Source: Oceanispirochaeta sp.
GTDB lineage: Bacteria > Spirochaetota > Spirochaetia > DSM-2461
NCBI GenBank assembly: GCA_963663385.2
Contig: CAXXXD010000003.1
Location: 1,568,001-1,632,000, forward strand
Direction: 5' to 3'
Length of the DNA stretch: 64,000 nucleotides
Shown: one piece after another, positions 19,801 to 28,377 of the stretch
Position numbering within the stretch: position 1 is the stretch's first letter
Layout of the letters: every line of letters starts with the position of its first letter
Made by a program: the position numbers and the translations under genes
The notes under the pieces: model-generated
Database searches by the model: none
The model's input: the letters and a program-made list of their open reading frames with translations, nothing else
What the model was told of the DNA's origin: nothing

Positions 19801-20905
19801 AATATCCCATAACATAGCGCTCGTCATCAACGGTGAAGGGCATATTGATTTCATCCTGAACACCGTTCAGATCGGGAGAGATATACACTGTATCCCCCTG
19901 CTCCAGAACGATTCTGGGTGGATTGGAATCTCTTACGCCGAATGGCATGGTTGCGCCGATCCCTATCCCGTAAATATTGTCGTAAAATGGGGCATAGGCG
20001 GTCTGCATTTCGATTTCGCTGGTCTGCTGTTCGGTTTTTTCCTTGCTTCCGCCTTTGAAGCTATAATTATAGTAAATCCCCGCCGAAGGGATGAGAGTCT
20101 GATAGTTGCCATCCAGAAGATCCGTGAGAATCATGGAGGAAGAGAGGGCTATGCGAAGATTATTCTGAATTCGGAATTCCTGTCCGACTTCAAGACGGAA
20201 ATCTGAAAATGCCGGAAAACCGACATCTCCGGTCATGGACCAGAGAAATCCCTTCTTCTCTATAAGGTCAAATCCGGCTCCCACATTGAGACTGAGGTTT
20301 TCGGGAACAGCTTCAAAGTAACTGGTACTTGAACCATATTCCCAGCCGATCCCGTTGAGAGATCCTCCCCATTCCAGATTTTTGAACCGTCCCATGGTAC
20401 CCGGTTTATGAATAAAGCCCAGATTTAAACCGGCCCCCCAATCCAGATCGGTACTCAAGGCTCCGTCTATACCGAAACCTGCGTAAAGGTCCTTATATAT
20501 TTCCTTTGAAAAGGCTACATCCATGGAACCGAATGTTCCAAAGTTCAATTCCGTATTACTAAAATCACTTGTTGTGGCAAAACGCAGGGCTCCGGTCAAT
20601 ACCCCGTATTTTCCGGGATAAGATATGGCCGTACTGACGGCATGTCCCATACCTTCCATGCTGCCGTTCCATTCCTGAAGATTTATATACCCCAGATCCA
20701 GAATGAGCCGTTGAAAATTTCCTGCTGCCGCCGGGTTCAGTGAGACTGCCTGGGGCGTATCCATTCTGGTTACGGACGTTCCGCCTCCCAGAAAAAGGGG
20801 GGAGTAAAGGGATTTGACCAGTTCCCCGGAAGAATCCGCGTATATTCCTGTAAAACAGAGTATTAGTGTGAGTATTAATACTATCCTGCGGCTATTCTGT
20901 TTCAT
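16883..20905 (-). CDS. Large exported protein: putative N-terminal beta-barrel region, about 8 FlgD-Ig/CHU_C-like repeats, C-terminal OmpA-like domain
   Basis: Signal peptide; repeated FSPDGDG..D and W[DN]G.D..G...PDG.Y motifs; C-terminal VEGH...LSLNRA..VR...KNRRVEF. Confidence 0.85.
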   Translation of the reverse strand: MKQNSRRIVLILTLILCFTGIYADSSGELVKSLYSPLFLGGGTSVTRMDTPQAVSLNPAAAGNFQRLILDLGYINLQEWNGSMEGMGHAVSTAISYPGKYGVLTGALRFATTSDFSNTELNFGTFGSMDVAFSKEIYKDLYAGFGIDGALSTDLDWGAGLNLGFIHKPGTMGRFKNLEWGGSLNGIGWEYGSSTSYFEAVPENLSLNVGAGFDLIEKKGFLWSMTGDVGFPAFSDFRLEVGQEFRIQNNLRIALSSSMILTDLLDGNYQTLIPSAGIYYNYSFKGGSKEKTEQQTSEIEMQTAYAPFYDNIYGIGIGATMPFGVRDSNPPRIVLEQGDTVYISPDLNGVQDEINMPFTVDDERYVMGYYMAVRNEDGDIVKEFRNKDERPENESFKNIFDRMFSEKKGTTLPESFRWDGVMDSGEKAPDGKYTYNLQFWDDNDNVSETGSNHFEIDTVQPAITLAKQEGIDLIFSPDGDGSKDVLTIQQEGSSENLWEGEIRDLSGAPVRTFHWENGSPASFEWDGKDDAGTIVPDGVYSYIINSTDPAGNTVEESLVDILINTEKPPVNLTIDNSYLSPGNTEGIDSIRFGAGIPVTAGIMEWELRVLDARGNTAWSYNSRQEGVLEVPETIPYTGEDKAGGYLKEGKYQGYLTVRYQNGYKPEALSPWFNVDTTAPRGNISGNSILTLNEEEGQYSLTLDLNTTEEDYWEGFIRNENNETVKSFFWRGKADPRVVWNGSDNQGKPIPDGSYYMVLEAMDKAGNRGVSSPHRIQLDTREMSVQISVSEGAFSPDSNGVKDSLTLYTVIDDPENITDWTLSVLSADESGDASPVKTWTGTGAPSSEYVWNGKNNEGAAAADGLYIAEIRAVYAKGNKPRARSTEFLKDTEAPRISSSASTTLFSPDGDGNKDIIRISQVSSTEQGFEAELKDSTGQTVRSWFWKENLESLDWDGTDENGNMAPDGIYNYSVSSTDSAGNTSRVEIRGIEVDTKPTPVYLTAKNTIFSPVSEELPEQVFTAHVTNPVGIDRWVLNILDESGSSVKSIRGEGSVPSTLSWDGRNNAGTLTEGVCRGSLEVVYAKGNRPVAESREFAVDNSAPQVQVNLSPRPFSPDDDNVADELKIAIAVKDISPIRDWEMVIRDPKGNEFISFGGKGRPSERIIWDGRSRQGELVQSAEDYPYELQVTDLLGHSTISRGDIPVDILVIRDGENLKVMISNITFEPYKATLVTSGEQGAKNRDVLNRLAEVLRKYGSYKIVVEGHAVSEYYDNPARAAKEEKDELQPLSLNRAASVRNALSELGIQDSRMDVIGRGGTIPIVPHSDLENRWKNRRVEFILIK

Positions 20906-21015
20906 GAAAACCTCCTGAACTTGTAATTTCCGGCAAGAATCACTATGTTAACCATTATAATTTAATCAACACAATAACCCTATTGTAACAAAAAACAACA
21001 ATTACGGAGAGTATT

Positions 21016-21771
21016 ATGGACAAAAAAAAGAAAGAACCGTGGTTTTCGGATGAATGGTTCTGGGAAACATACGGCCCTTTGATGTTTGACGAGAACCGCC
21101 TCTCCGAAACAGCCGGGGAAGTGGACGGGATAATCCGCCTGGCAGAGCTTCCTGAAAAGGCGGAGATTCTGGACTGCTGCTGCGGTATGGGACGGCACAC
21201 CATGGAGTTCGCTTCAAGGGGCTATAAAATGACCGGTGTGGATTTGAGCAAAGTCTATCTTGACAAGGCAGTCCGGGAAGCAGCCGAAAAGGAACTGGAT
21301 ATCCGGTGGAGCCGTATGGATGTAAGAGACCTGGATTATATAAACCGTTTTGACAGTGTTATCAATATGTTCTCCTCATTCGGCTACTTTGAAGATCCGG
21401 ACGATGATCTGCTTCTTTTGAAAAAGATCCGCAGGGCTCTTAAGGAAAAGGGAACCCTCTTTATCGAGATGTGGGGAAAAGAAGTGCTGGCCAGGGATTT
21501 TGAAGAGAGGGTATGGTTTGAAAGAGAAGGCATTAAGATTCTTCTGGAATACTCTGTGGATCTGAACTGGACGGAACTGCATAACCGCTGGCTTTTCTAT
21601 CAAAACGAAAAAATGACAGAGTACACCTTTCATCACAGGATATTTTCCGCTTCCGAAATGGCCTCTCTTCTATGGCAGGCGGGGTTTGAACAGGTCGATA
21701 TATACGGCAGCTTCAAAGGAGATCTTTACGATCACAAGGCGGAGCGGCTAATTCTGGTTGCCCATAAATAG
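21016..21771 (+). CDS. Class I SAM-dependent methyltransferase
   Basis: ILDCCCGMGRH, GVDLS, DVRDL, FSSFGYF. Confidence 0.9.
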   Translation: MDKKKKEPWFSDEWFWETYGPLMFDENRLSETAGEVDGIIRLAELPEKAEILDCCCGMGRHTMEFASRGYKMTGVDLSKVYLDKAVREAAEKELDIRWSRMDVRDLDYINRFDSVINMFSSFGYFEDPDDDLLLLKKIRRALKEKGTLFIEMWGKEVLARDFEERVWFEREGIKILLEYSVDLNWTELHNRWLFYQNEKMTEYTFHHRIFSASEMASLLWQAGFEQVDIYGSFKGDLYDHKAERLILVAHK

Positions 21772-22797
21772 GGTGTATTCCGAGCCGGGACTCAAACTGA
21801 AGCTGTCGCGAAGATTGGAGCTGATGTAAACCATATTGTCTTCATCCACCATGATAACCCCGGTATCTTCAAGAGTTTCGGCCAGGGCCATGCCTTTTTT
21901 GATACCGAGGGAAAACAGGGCCGTGGATAAACCGTCTGCCATCAGACTGTCCTTATGGACAATGGTAGTGCTTATCAGACCGTTATCGACAGGATAACCG
22001 GTACTGCTGTCCAGTATATGGTGGTAGCGAACACCGTCTTCCATGAAAAACCTTTCGTAGATACCGGATGTTACAATAGCTTTTTCTTCCGTGCTCAGGA
22101 TACCGAGGTATTCCCCCCGGACCTCTCTGGGATCCTGTATCCCGATTTTCCAGGGATCCCCCGAAGACTTTTCTCCCATAATCAGAACATTGCCGCCCAG
22201 ATTGATAATAGCCCTTTTCACCCCTCGGGCAAGTAACAGAGACCTGACACGATCGGCTGCATATCCCTTGGCTATTCCGCCCAGATCAATCTGCGTACCC
22301 TTTTTATCAAGATAGACAGAGCTGCCTTCAATTCGTATGTTTTTATACCCGACCCCGGTCAATACGTCCTGCAGTTCCGATGCCGAAGGAACGGCGGCAT
22401 GATCCGATCCGATCCCCCAGAGGGATACCAGTGCTCCCACAGAGGGATCAAAACGACCTTCGGAGAGTTTTGCTATTTTCAAGGCAGATTCAAGTACAGT
22501 GAGGACCTCTTCTTCTGCCTGAATGCCTGCAGCGGGATTCTGATTAATCCTGCTGAGGTTGCTTCCGTCCAGATTTACACTCATACTCCGTTCAATAGTA
22601 TCGATCAGGGCAAAAGCATCAGCCAGAATGCTGTCCGGATCTGATTTCTCATCCCATTCCTGGAGTGTTATCATGCAGCTCGTACCCAGTAAAAATTCAT
22701 TACCCTGACGGGGCTCCTGAATTTTCTGTTTTCCGCAGGATACAGCCAGTAACAGGATAGATATATATAAACTGATAATTCTGAAGTTCTTTTTCAT
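21748..22797 (-). CDS. apbE: FAD:protein FMN transferase (ApbE/Ftp) lipoprotein
   Basis: Lipobox LLAVSC; DLGGIAKGYAAD, TSGIYERF, YHHILD, ADGLSTA. Confidence 0.93.
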   Translation of the reverse strand: MKKNFRIISLYISILLLAVSCGKQKIQEPRQGNEFLLGTSCMITLQEWDEKSDPDSILADAFALIDTIERSMSVNLDGSNLSRINQNPAAGIQAEEEVLTVLESALKIAKLSEGRFDPSVGALVSLWGIGSDHAAVPSASELQDVLTGVGYKNIRIEGSSVYLDKKGTQIDLGGIAKGYAADRVRSLLLARGVKRAIINLGGNVLIMGEKSSGDPWKIGIQDPREVRGEYLGILSTEEKAIVTSGIYERFFMEDGVRYHHILDSSTGYPVDNGLISTTIVHKDSLMADGLSTALFSLGIKKGMALAETLEDTGVIMVDEDNMVYISSNLRDSFSLSPGSEYTLFMGNQN

Positions 22798-22961
22798 GCG
22801 GGTGATTATGAAAGGGAAGCATAAAAATGTAAAGTTACTACTGGAGTATTCAAAAAAAGAGTAGCGATTTACCGGCCCTCTATGTTAAGCTGTTTTCTGC
22901 CGAAATTCAAATAGAAATAATGTAAATTTGAATCTGCTGCTCATAAATGCGCTCTGGAGCT

Positions 22962-25016
22962 ATGATGAAAGTAAAAAGCAAACTCATTCTGCTGAACCTG
23001 GCTGTATTTACCCTTTTCTCGTCAACTTTTTTTGTTTTCTATTTTTCTGCCGTCAGATTAATGGATCTTAAGGATTTACAGAAGGAGATTAAAGAACTCA
23101 GAAGCACAATCCTCCGGTATGAATATGCCAATAATGCCCTGTTGGTCTCAAAGGATATCCCTGTCAATGGAATCGGGTGGCTTTACGATGAACTGGGCAG
23201 GGATCTTGACAGCCTGTCGGAACAGAAAACCCTGAAATACCTTGATGACCTTACAGCCAAAAAGATTCAGGATAATTACACGTTTATCAAAGGCAGGAGT
23301 TTTGATCGGTACTTCAGTAATATACACAGTGAAATTATCCGCTTTAAACCCATGATACCGGATACATCCATAGAGATGGTATATCAGAACTGGAAGAACG
23401 GTATCACCATTGACAGGGAGCTCTATGACAGGATAATGACCACAAGGCTCAGGATTACAGAATATATTAACTGGTATCACCCTTTTTCTGAACAGTTCCG
23501 GATTATTACCAACGAAGTGTATAATACAATTGCGATTCAAATCAGGCGGATCCTGTTCCGTACAGGGCTGACACTCTTTCTGAGTCTGTTTGTTTCCATA
23601 GTATTCATTCTCCTGGTTTATAAAAATATGATTCAGAAAATCCGGAACGTACGTACAGGAATAGAGCTGATATCGGGGGGCAACTTAAGCACCCGAATCC
23701 GGATAGAATCAAATGACGAGCTGGCAACAATGGGTGAGAATTTCAATACCCTGACTGAAACAATCTGGCAGAGGTTGAATACGGTTGGAAAGATTATTCA
23801 TGATATCGGACAGTCATTGACGGAAAATCCCGATCCGGGTCATCTGGAGAGAACCATCCTTCAACTGGCCATTGAGAATACACAGGCTGAAAATGGAGCT
23901 TTTTACAAACATATAAAGGAGAGGCAGGTTCTTGTCCCCGTCCACAGGACCGACCGATTCGCCCTTCCCTATGATGAAGGACAATACCGGGAGGAAGTTC
24001 CCATTGGAAAAACCATTCTGGGTATGTCCGCCGTATCAGGGGAGCCGTATTTTGTAAAGGAACCGGGAGGCCATAACCTTATTCCCCAGAGAACAAGCTT
24101 CGACAGACACTTCATATCCTCCTGTATCATTCTGCCACTGATTTCGGAAAGGGAAGTTGTAGGAATTATCTGCCTTGAGAAAAACAGCGACAGAAACCGG
24201 TTCAGGGATATGGATTTCTCCAATATTCAATCGTTTATCGAATTCAGCGCCGTAACCCTTAAAAACCTGGAAAAATATTCAGAACTCCTTCAGTCTACCG
24301 GTTTGAACAGGGAAATGCAGATTGCATCTGATATCCAGAAGAGCCTGCTGCCTCCCAAAATTCCCAAAGTTCCCAATTTTGATATTGCTGCGAACACATA
24401 CTCCGTAAAAGGTATGAGCGGTAATATCTATGATTTTTTTCAGGTTGATAAGAGCCGCTGGCTGTTTTGCATGGCAGAAGTAAAAGAGATGGGGATCGCG
24501 TCATCCATGATGCTGGTTATCCTCAGAACACTGGTACGTATTCTTGTCAGGGTGGATCAGGAACCAGCGGAGCTGCTTGAAGATCTTCTACGGAATTTCA
24601 GGGAAACAACCGGTTTGGATACTGAAATCAGTATAAATCTCTGCCTGATGGAACCGGGAGATAAGCGTTATTCCTACTGCGGAACGAAAGAACAGAATAT
24701 GCTTGTGTTTTCCGATAAGAACGATACCATGAATCTTGTTAAAGCAGAAATAAGCGATCATAACGAATATAAAACCATAAAGGGACAATTGGGAGATAAG
24801 GATTACCTTGTACTTATGACTGATGGGTTTTACAAATCAGTCAATAAATCCGGGGAGGCTTACGGCTGGGATCCGGTTCGGCAGATTCTTAGAAAATATA
24901 AACAACGGAACAGCCGCTGGCTTCAGGAAGCCATTGTAAAAGATATCAGTTTTTTCGAGAAAGAGATGGAGCAGCACCAGGACAGGACCATGTTCATAGC
25001 AGGTTTCAGGGAGTAG
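22962..25016 (+). CDS. Membrane HAMP-GAF-SpoIIE/PP2C protein with degenerate catalytic motifs
   Basis: Two TMs, HAMP (NDELATMGENFN), GAF, A..IQKSLLP; SGNIYD and AEVKEMG in place of SGDxYD and DVxGxG. Confidence 0.85.
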   Translation: MMKVKSKLILLNLAVFTLFSSTFFVFYFSAVRLMDLKDLQKEIKELRSTILRYEYANNALLVSKDIPVNGIGWLYDELGRDLDSLSEQKTLKYLDDLTAKKIQDNYTFIKGRSFDRYFSNIHSEIIRFKPMIPDTSIEMVYQNWKNGITIDRELYDRIMTTRLRITEYINWYHPFSEQFRIITNEVYNTIAIQIRRILFRTGLTLFLSLFVSIVFILLVYKNMIQKIRNVRTGIELISGGNLSTRIRIESNDELATMGENFNTLTETIWQRLNTVGKIIHDIGQSLTENPDPGHLERTILQLAIENTQAENGAFYKHIKERQVLVPVHRTDRFALPYDEGQYREEVPIGKTILGMSAVSGEPYFVKEPGGHNLIPQRTSFDRHFISSCIILPLISEREVVGIICLEKNSDRNRFRDMDFSNIQSFIEFSAVTLKNLEKYSELLQSTGLNREMQIASDIQKSLLPPKIPKVPNFDIAANTYSVKGMSGNIYDFFQVDKSRWLFCMAEVKEMGIASSMMLVILRTLVRILVRVDQEPAELLEDLLRNFRETTGLDTEISINLCLMEPGDKRYSYCGTKEQNMLVFSDKNDTMNLVKAEISDHNEYKTIKGQLGDKDYLVLMTDGFYKSVNKSGEAYGWDPVRQILRKYKQRNSRWLQEAIVKDISFFEKEMEQHQDRTMFIAGFRE

Positions 25017-25020
25017 ACAG

Positions 25021-27144
25021 ATGAAAATACAGAGTAAAATAAGTCTTGCAAGTTTTCTCCTGATTATGGGATTACTCCTGTCGTCAGCCCTTTTTTTCAT
25101 CAGGATTTTTACGGTTTACCAGCTTAAGGAATACTCGGAAAAAACGGTAGAAGTGGAAATATCAATGCACCGGTTTATCAACAGGAATTTATCCCTTTTT
25201 ACAGAGCCGGCTCCTGCTATCGAAATGACTTCAGCCTGGTTTGACGATCTGATAGCCTTCAACGACGATCTGGACATCGTTCTGAATTCTCCCCTAATCA
25301 AACGTCTCAGTAAGGACTATCAGAAATTGATCGGCACAAGAAAGACATCCTGGGAAGAGATGATTCATAATGTTATAAATCCCCTTCAGCTGGATATGAA
25401 TAAATTCAGCGGATCCAAGCTCGGACTGGAGTCCGGAAAAGACGGGTTTTATACAACTCTGCTCAAGAAAAAGACGGAAGGCGATACGATAGCGGTCAAA
25501 GAGCTTGAAACCATCCAGGATCATCAGGACAATTTATATATCCACCTTTCAACCTTCTCTTTTAAGCTGGAATCCCTGATTGAACAATCCGACAGGGAGA
25601 TTGGCTTATATACCCAGAACAGTATCATTATGACCATTATAACCGTTTCCCTTATTCTTCTTGGTATTCTCGTCTTCAGTTTCCGGGTATCCAACAATCT
25701 GGTGCGCCGTATTACAGAAACGAATAAACATGTACAGGACATTGCACAGGGACGCCTCAATTTTGATATGGATAAGAAAAAGGACAAGGATGAGTTTGAT
25801 GAACTTCTCCGCAATTACAATATTTTTTCCAGAATACTGTCAGACAGGCTGGATTCGCTGAAGTACCTTTTACAGGATATCGGAAATACGCTTGGAACAG
25901 AGACGGATATCACACAGCTTCAGGAAACCATAGTTGAGCTGGGAATGGACTCCATCAGCGCTGACAGCGGGATGCTCTTTCTGGCGGATGCCGAATCAGA
26001 ATCTCTTGAACTGGTTCAGCGGACAGGATTCTGCCCTCCCCCCTTCCATATGGATAAAAGAATAACCATGAACCGCTCCAATGTTGAAAACTACTATGAG
26101 ACCCATCGTGTTGATAAATCTTCTCCCGTTTTCGGGGCTGTTATGACAGAAGGATCGGGGCTGTTTATCAAAGATAACGAGACAGAACGTATATTCCCGC
26201 AGAATTGCGATCCCTATGAATGGCTTTTCATCTCCTCTCTGGTTGCCCAGCCGCTGATTGTTTCCAACCGTCTTCTGGGGATGCTTGTTTTTTACAAAAC
26301 GAAACAGGGAGAAACATTCTCAGACCTTGACTATACATTCTTCCGGGCCTATACGGACTATACGGCCCAGTCGGTGGATAATGTTTACAAATACCATACT
26401 CTCCTGGAGAACAGGGAAATACAAAAAGAGATTGACGTAGCTGCGGGTATTCAGAAAAGGCTCCTCCCCGAAAATCTCCCGGCCTTCAACACTGGTTCGG
26501 CAAAGATTTATTCCCTTCCCGCAAGAGGAATAAGCGGTGACTATTTTGACGCCATAAAACTGGATGAAACCAGAATCCTGTATACGATTTGTGATGTTGC
26601 CGGCAAAGGTGTTCCTGCGTCCATGCTGATGATTATGATCAGGACGATCCTTCATACAATCAGTCACAAACACAAATCCGCCCATACTCTTCTGAAAGAA
26701 CTGAACTATCATATCGCCGGAAGAATCGGAGTGGATCAGTATGCGACAATGGCTGTTTTCATCCTTGATACCGGAAAAAATGAGATTTCCTACTCCAATG
26801 CGGCTCACCATCCCCTTTACCTCTACAGAAAGAGGGAACAGCAGTTCAGAAGCTTTGACACGGAAGGGCTGCCTATTGGAGTGGACAAACAGGGACAATT
26901 CGGACACAAAAGGATAAAGCTTCACAGGGGTGACTATATATTCCTGTTTACAGACGGACTCCCCGAAGCCCGTAACAACCTGGGTGAAGAGTTATCCAAT
27001 GACAGGCTCCTCCTGTTCCTTGCAAAGAACTCACACAGGGAACCGGAAGAACTGACTGATGCTGTAACAGGATTCATCAATAAATTTGCCTCAGGGGCCA
27101 AACAGCATGATGACCAGACATTCCTGGCACTCAAGATTTCCTAG
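25021..27144 (+). CDS. Membrane HAMP-GAF-SpoIIE/PP2C phosphatase
   Basis: Two TMs, HAMP, GAF; intact SGDYFD, CDVAGKG, FTDGL, HDDQT. Confidence 0.9.
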   Translation: MKIQSKISLASFLLIMGLLLSSALFFIRIFTVYQLKEYSEKTVEVEISMHRFINRNLSLFTEPAPAIEMTSAWFDDLIAFNDDLDIVLNSPLIKRLSKDYQKLIGTRKTSWEEMIHNVINPLQLDMNKFSGSKLGLESGKDGFYTTLLKKKTEGDTIAVKELETIQDHQDNLYIHLSTFSFKLESLIEQSDREIGLYTQNSIIMTIITVSLILLGILVFSFRVSNNLVRRITETNKHVQDIAQGRLNFDMDKKKDKDEFDELLRNYNIFSRILSDRLDSLKYLLQDIGNTLGTETDITQLQETIVELGMDSISADSGMLFLADAESESLELVQRTGFCPPPFHMDKRITMNRSNVENYYETHRVDKSSPVFGAVMTEGSGLFIKDNETERIFPQNCDPYEWLFISSLVAQPLIVSNRLLGMLVFYKTKQGETFSDLDYTFFRAYTDYTAQSVDNVYKYHTLLENREIQKEIDVAAGIQKRLLPENLPAFNTGSAKIYSLPARGISGDYFDAIKLDETRILYTICDVAGKGVPASMLMIMIRTILHTISHKHKSAHTLLKELNYHIAGRIGVDQYATMAVFILDTGKNEISYSNAAHHPLYLYRKREQQFRSFDTEGLPIGVDKQGQFGHKRIKLHRGDYIFLFTDGLPEARNNLGEELSNDRLLLFLAKNSHREPEELTDAVTGFINKFASGAKQHDDQTFLALKIS

Positions 27145-27202
27145 ACTGTAAGTTTTTTGATACCAGCGTTTTCTGCCAGACTTTGCGTTTATAATAGACC
27201 GT

Positions 27203-27285
27203 CCCCTCTCAATCTCCCGCCCTCTTTCTATCTCCAAAGGGAAAAGTAGATGCTTTTACCCCCTCTTGGAGAGGCAGGGGGAAGC
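27203..27285. repeat. Intergenic C/G-rich palindromic repeat cluster; contains CCCCTCTCAATCTCCC, also found inverted at 55365-55380
   Basis: Exact 16-bp match between two intergenic sites 28 kb apart; neighbouring degenerate hairpin variants. Confidence 0.55.
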
Positions 27286-27333
27286 CGGGAGAAGTCATAT
27301 AAGTTCCCCCTGATTTACAGGAAATGAATTATA

Positions 27334-27900
27334 TCAGTGAGGAGTCGTTCTGTTGGACAGGGCTCTTGCAACCAGAAAGATACCGCTGAAGAGAGAAAGG
27401 GTTCCTATTATCCGGAACAGCAGCAATGCTGAAAAAACAGGTGCAAAACAGAGAAGTATACCCATAAGCACTGTCAACAGGCTTCCGATCCGTTCCCGCC
27501 TGTCCTTTGAACGGAAATCCGGATTTAAAAGATCCTGCATGCTGTTTATAATCAGAAATATTCCCCCTGCAATAAGCGGTATTCCCATCCCGATTTTTGC
27601 AAAGCTGAAGGGGTACCACAGTATAAAAATACCAGCAATAAGCATCAGAATACTCCTGACAAGAAGCTTCCACCAATGATCTTTAACGCTGCTGAGCTTG
27701 AAAGCCAGAACCGTCTGCCCCAGACCGAGCATAAACAGATAAAGTCCGAACATAACAGACATGAATATCAAACCGACTTTGGGGAAAATCAGCAGAATTA
27801 TTCCTGCAAGGGAAACAATCCCCCCCTGTATAAGGGGGTATAACCAGAGACTTCTGTAAAAATCACCGCTCTCACCGGCATCTTCAATAGTAACCTTCAT
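27334..27900 (-). CDS. HdeD/DUF308-family membrane protein
   Basis: About 6 TM helices with the repeated G.LL...P pattern. Confidence 0.75.
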   Translation of the reverse strand: MKVTIEDAGESGDFYRSLWLYPLIQGGIVSLAGIILLIFPKVGLIFMSVMFGLYLFMLGLGQTVLAFKLSSVKDHWWKLLVRSILMLIAGIFILWYPFSFAKIGMGIPLIAGGIFLIINSMQDLLNPDFRSKDRRERIGSLLTVLMGILLCFAPVFSALLLFRIIGTLSLFSGIFLVARALSNRTTPH

Positions 27901-27903
27901 ACA

Positions 27904-28353
27904 CTACTCCAAAACTTTTACCAGCACCTCCGGTTCCAGTCTGAAGGAAGAACCTTTTCCCTCCAGAAAATGATGTTTCTGCATCAGATGGAGAGACAAA
28001 GCTGAAACCATAACGGAAGAACCATTAGCAATATTCTTAATCTCAGTCGTGATCTTTCTATGGATCCCGTCTTCAAAAGGACAGGCAAGATGCCCACGGG
28101 CTTCCGTAGTCTGAACCAGCCATTTTTCATCTATGGTAATCGGCTCGCCCAGACCATTGCGTCCTTCTTCCATAAGATTCTTCAGAATTTGCACCGTATC
28201 GTCAAGATCCAGTTTGTAATAGCGCATCAGTTCTTCATCTTCCGTGATGATATCCTGAAGCGGCCTTTTATCTTCGCCCAGGAATCCGTCTGCGGTGATA
28301 ACACCCGGAAACATATTCTCCTGGGCTTTTCTCATGTTAGGTGACATTTTCAT
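27904..28353 (-). CDS. Hypothetical soluble protein, co-oriented directly after nqrF-like gene
   Basis: GGAGG RBS before ATG at 28353; ARGHLACPF and LHLMQKHHF motifs. Confidence 0.8.
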   Translation of the reverse strand: MKMSPNMRKAQENMFPGVITADGFLGEDKRPLQDIITEDEELMRYYKLDLDDTVQILKNLMEEGRNGLGEPITIDEKWLVQTTEARGHLACPFEDGIHRKITTEIKNIANGSSVMVSALSLHLMQKHHFLEGKGSSFRLEPEVLVKVLE

Positions 28354-28377
28354 GATTCGCACCTCCTGCTCCTGATA

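Noticed and set aside
20971..20986. Inverted repeat ACAATA-N4-TATTGT in a divergent promoter region
   Set aside because: Short and AT-rich, single copy, no nearby regulator gene
21748..21771. 24-nt convergent overlap of the methyltransferase and apbE 3' ends
   Set aside because: Short tail-to-tail overlaps are common in compact genomes
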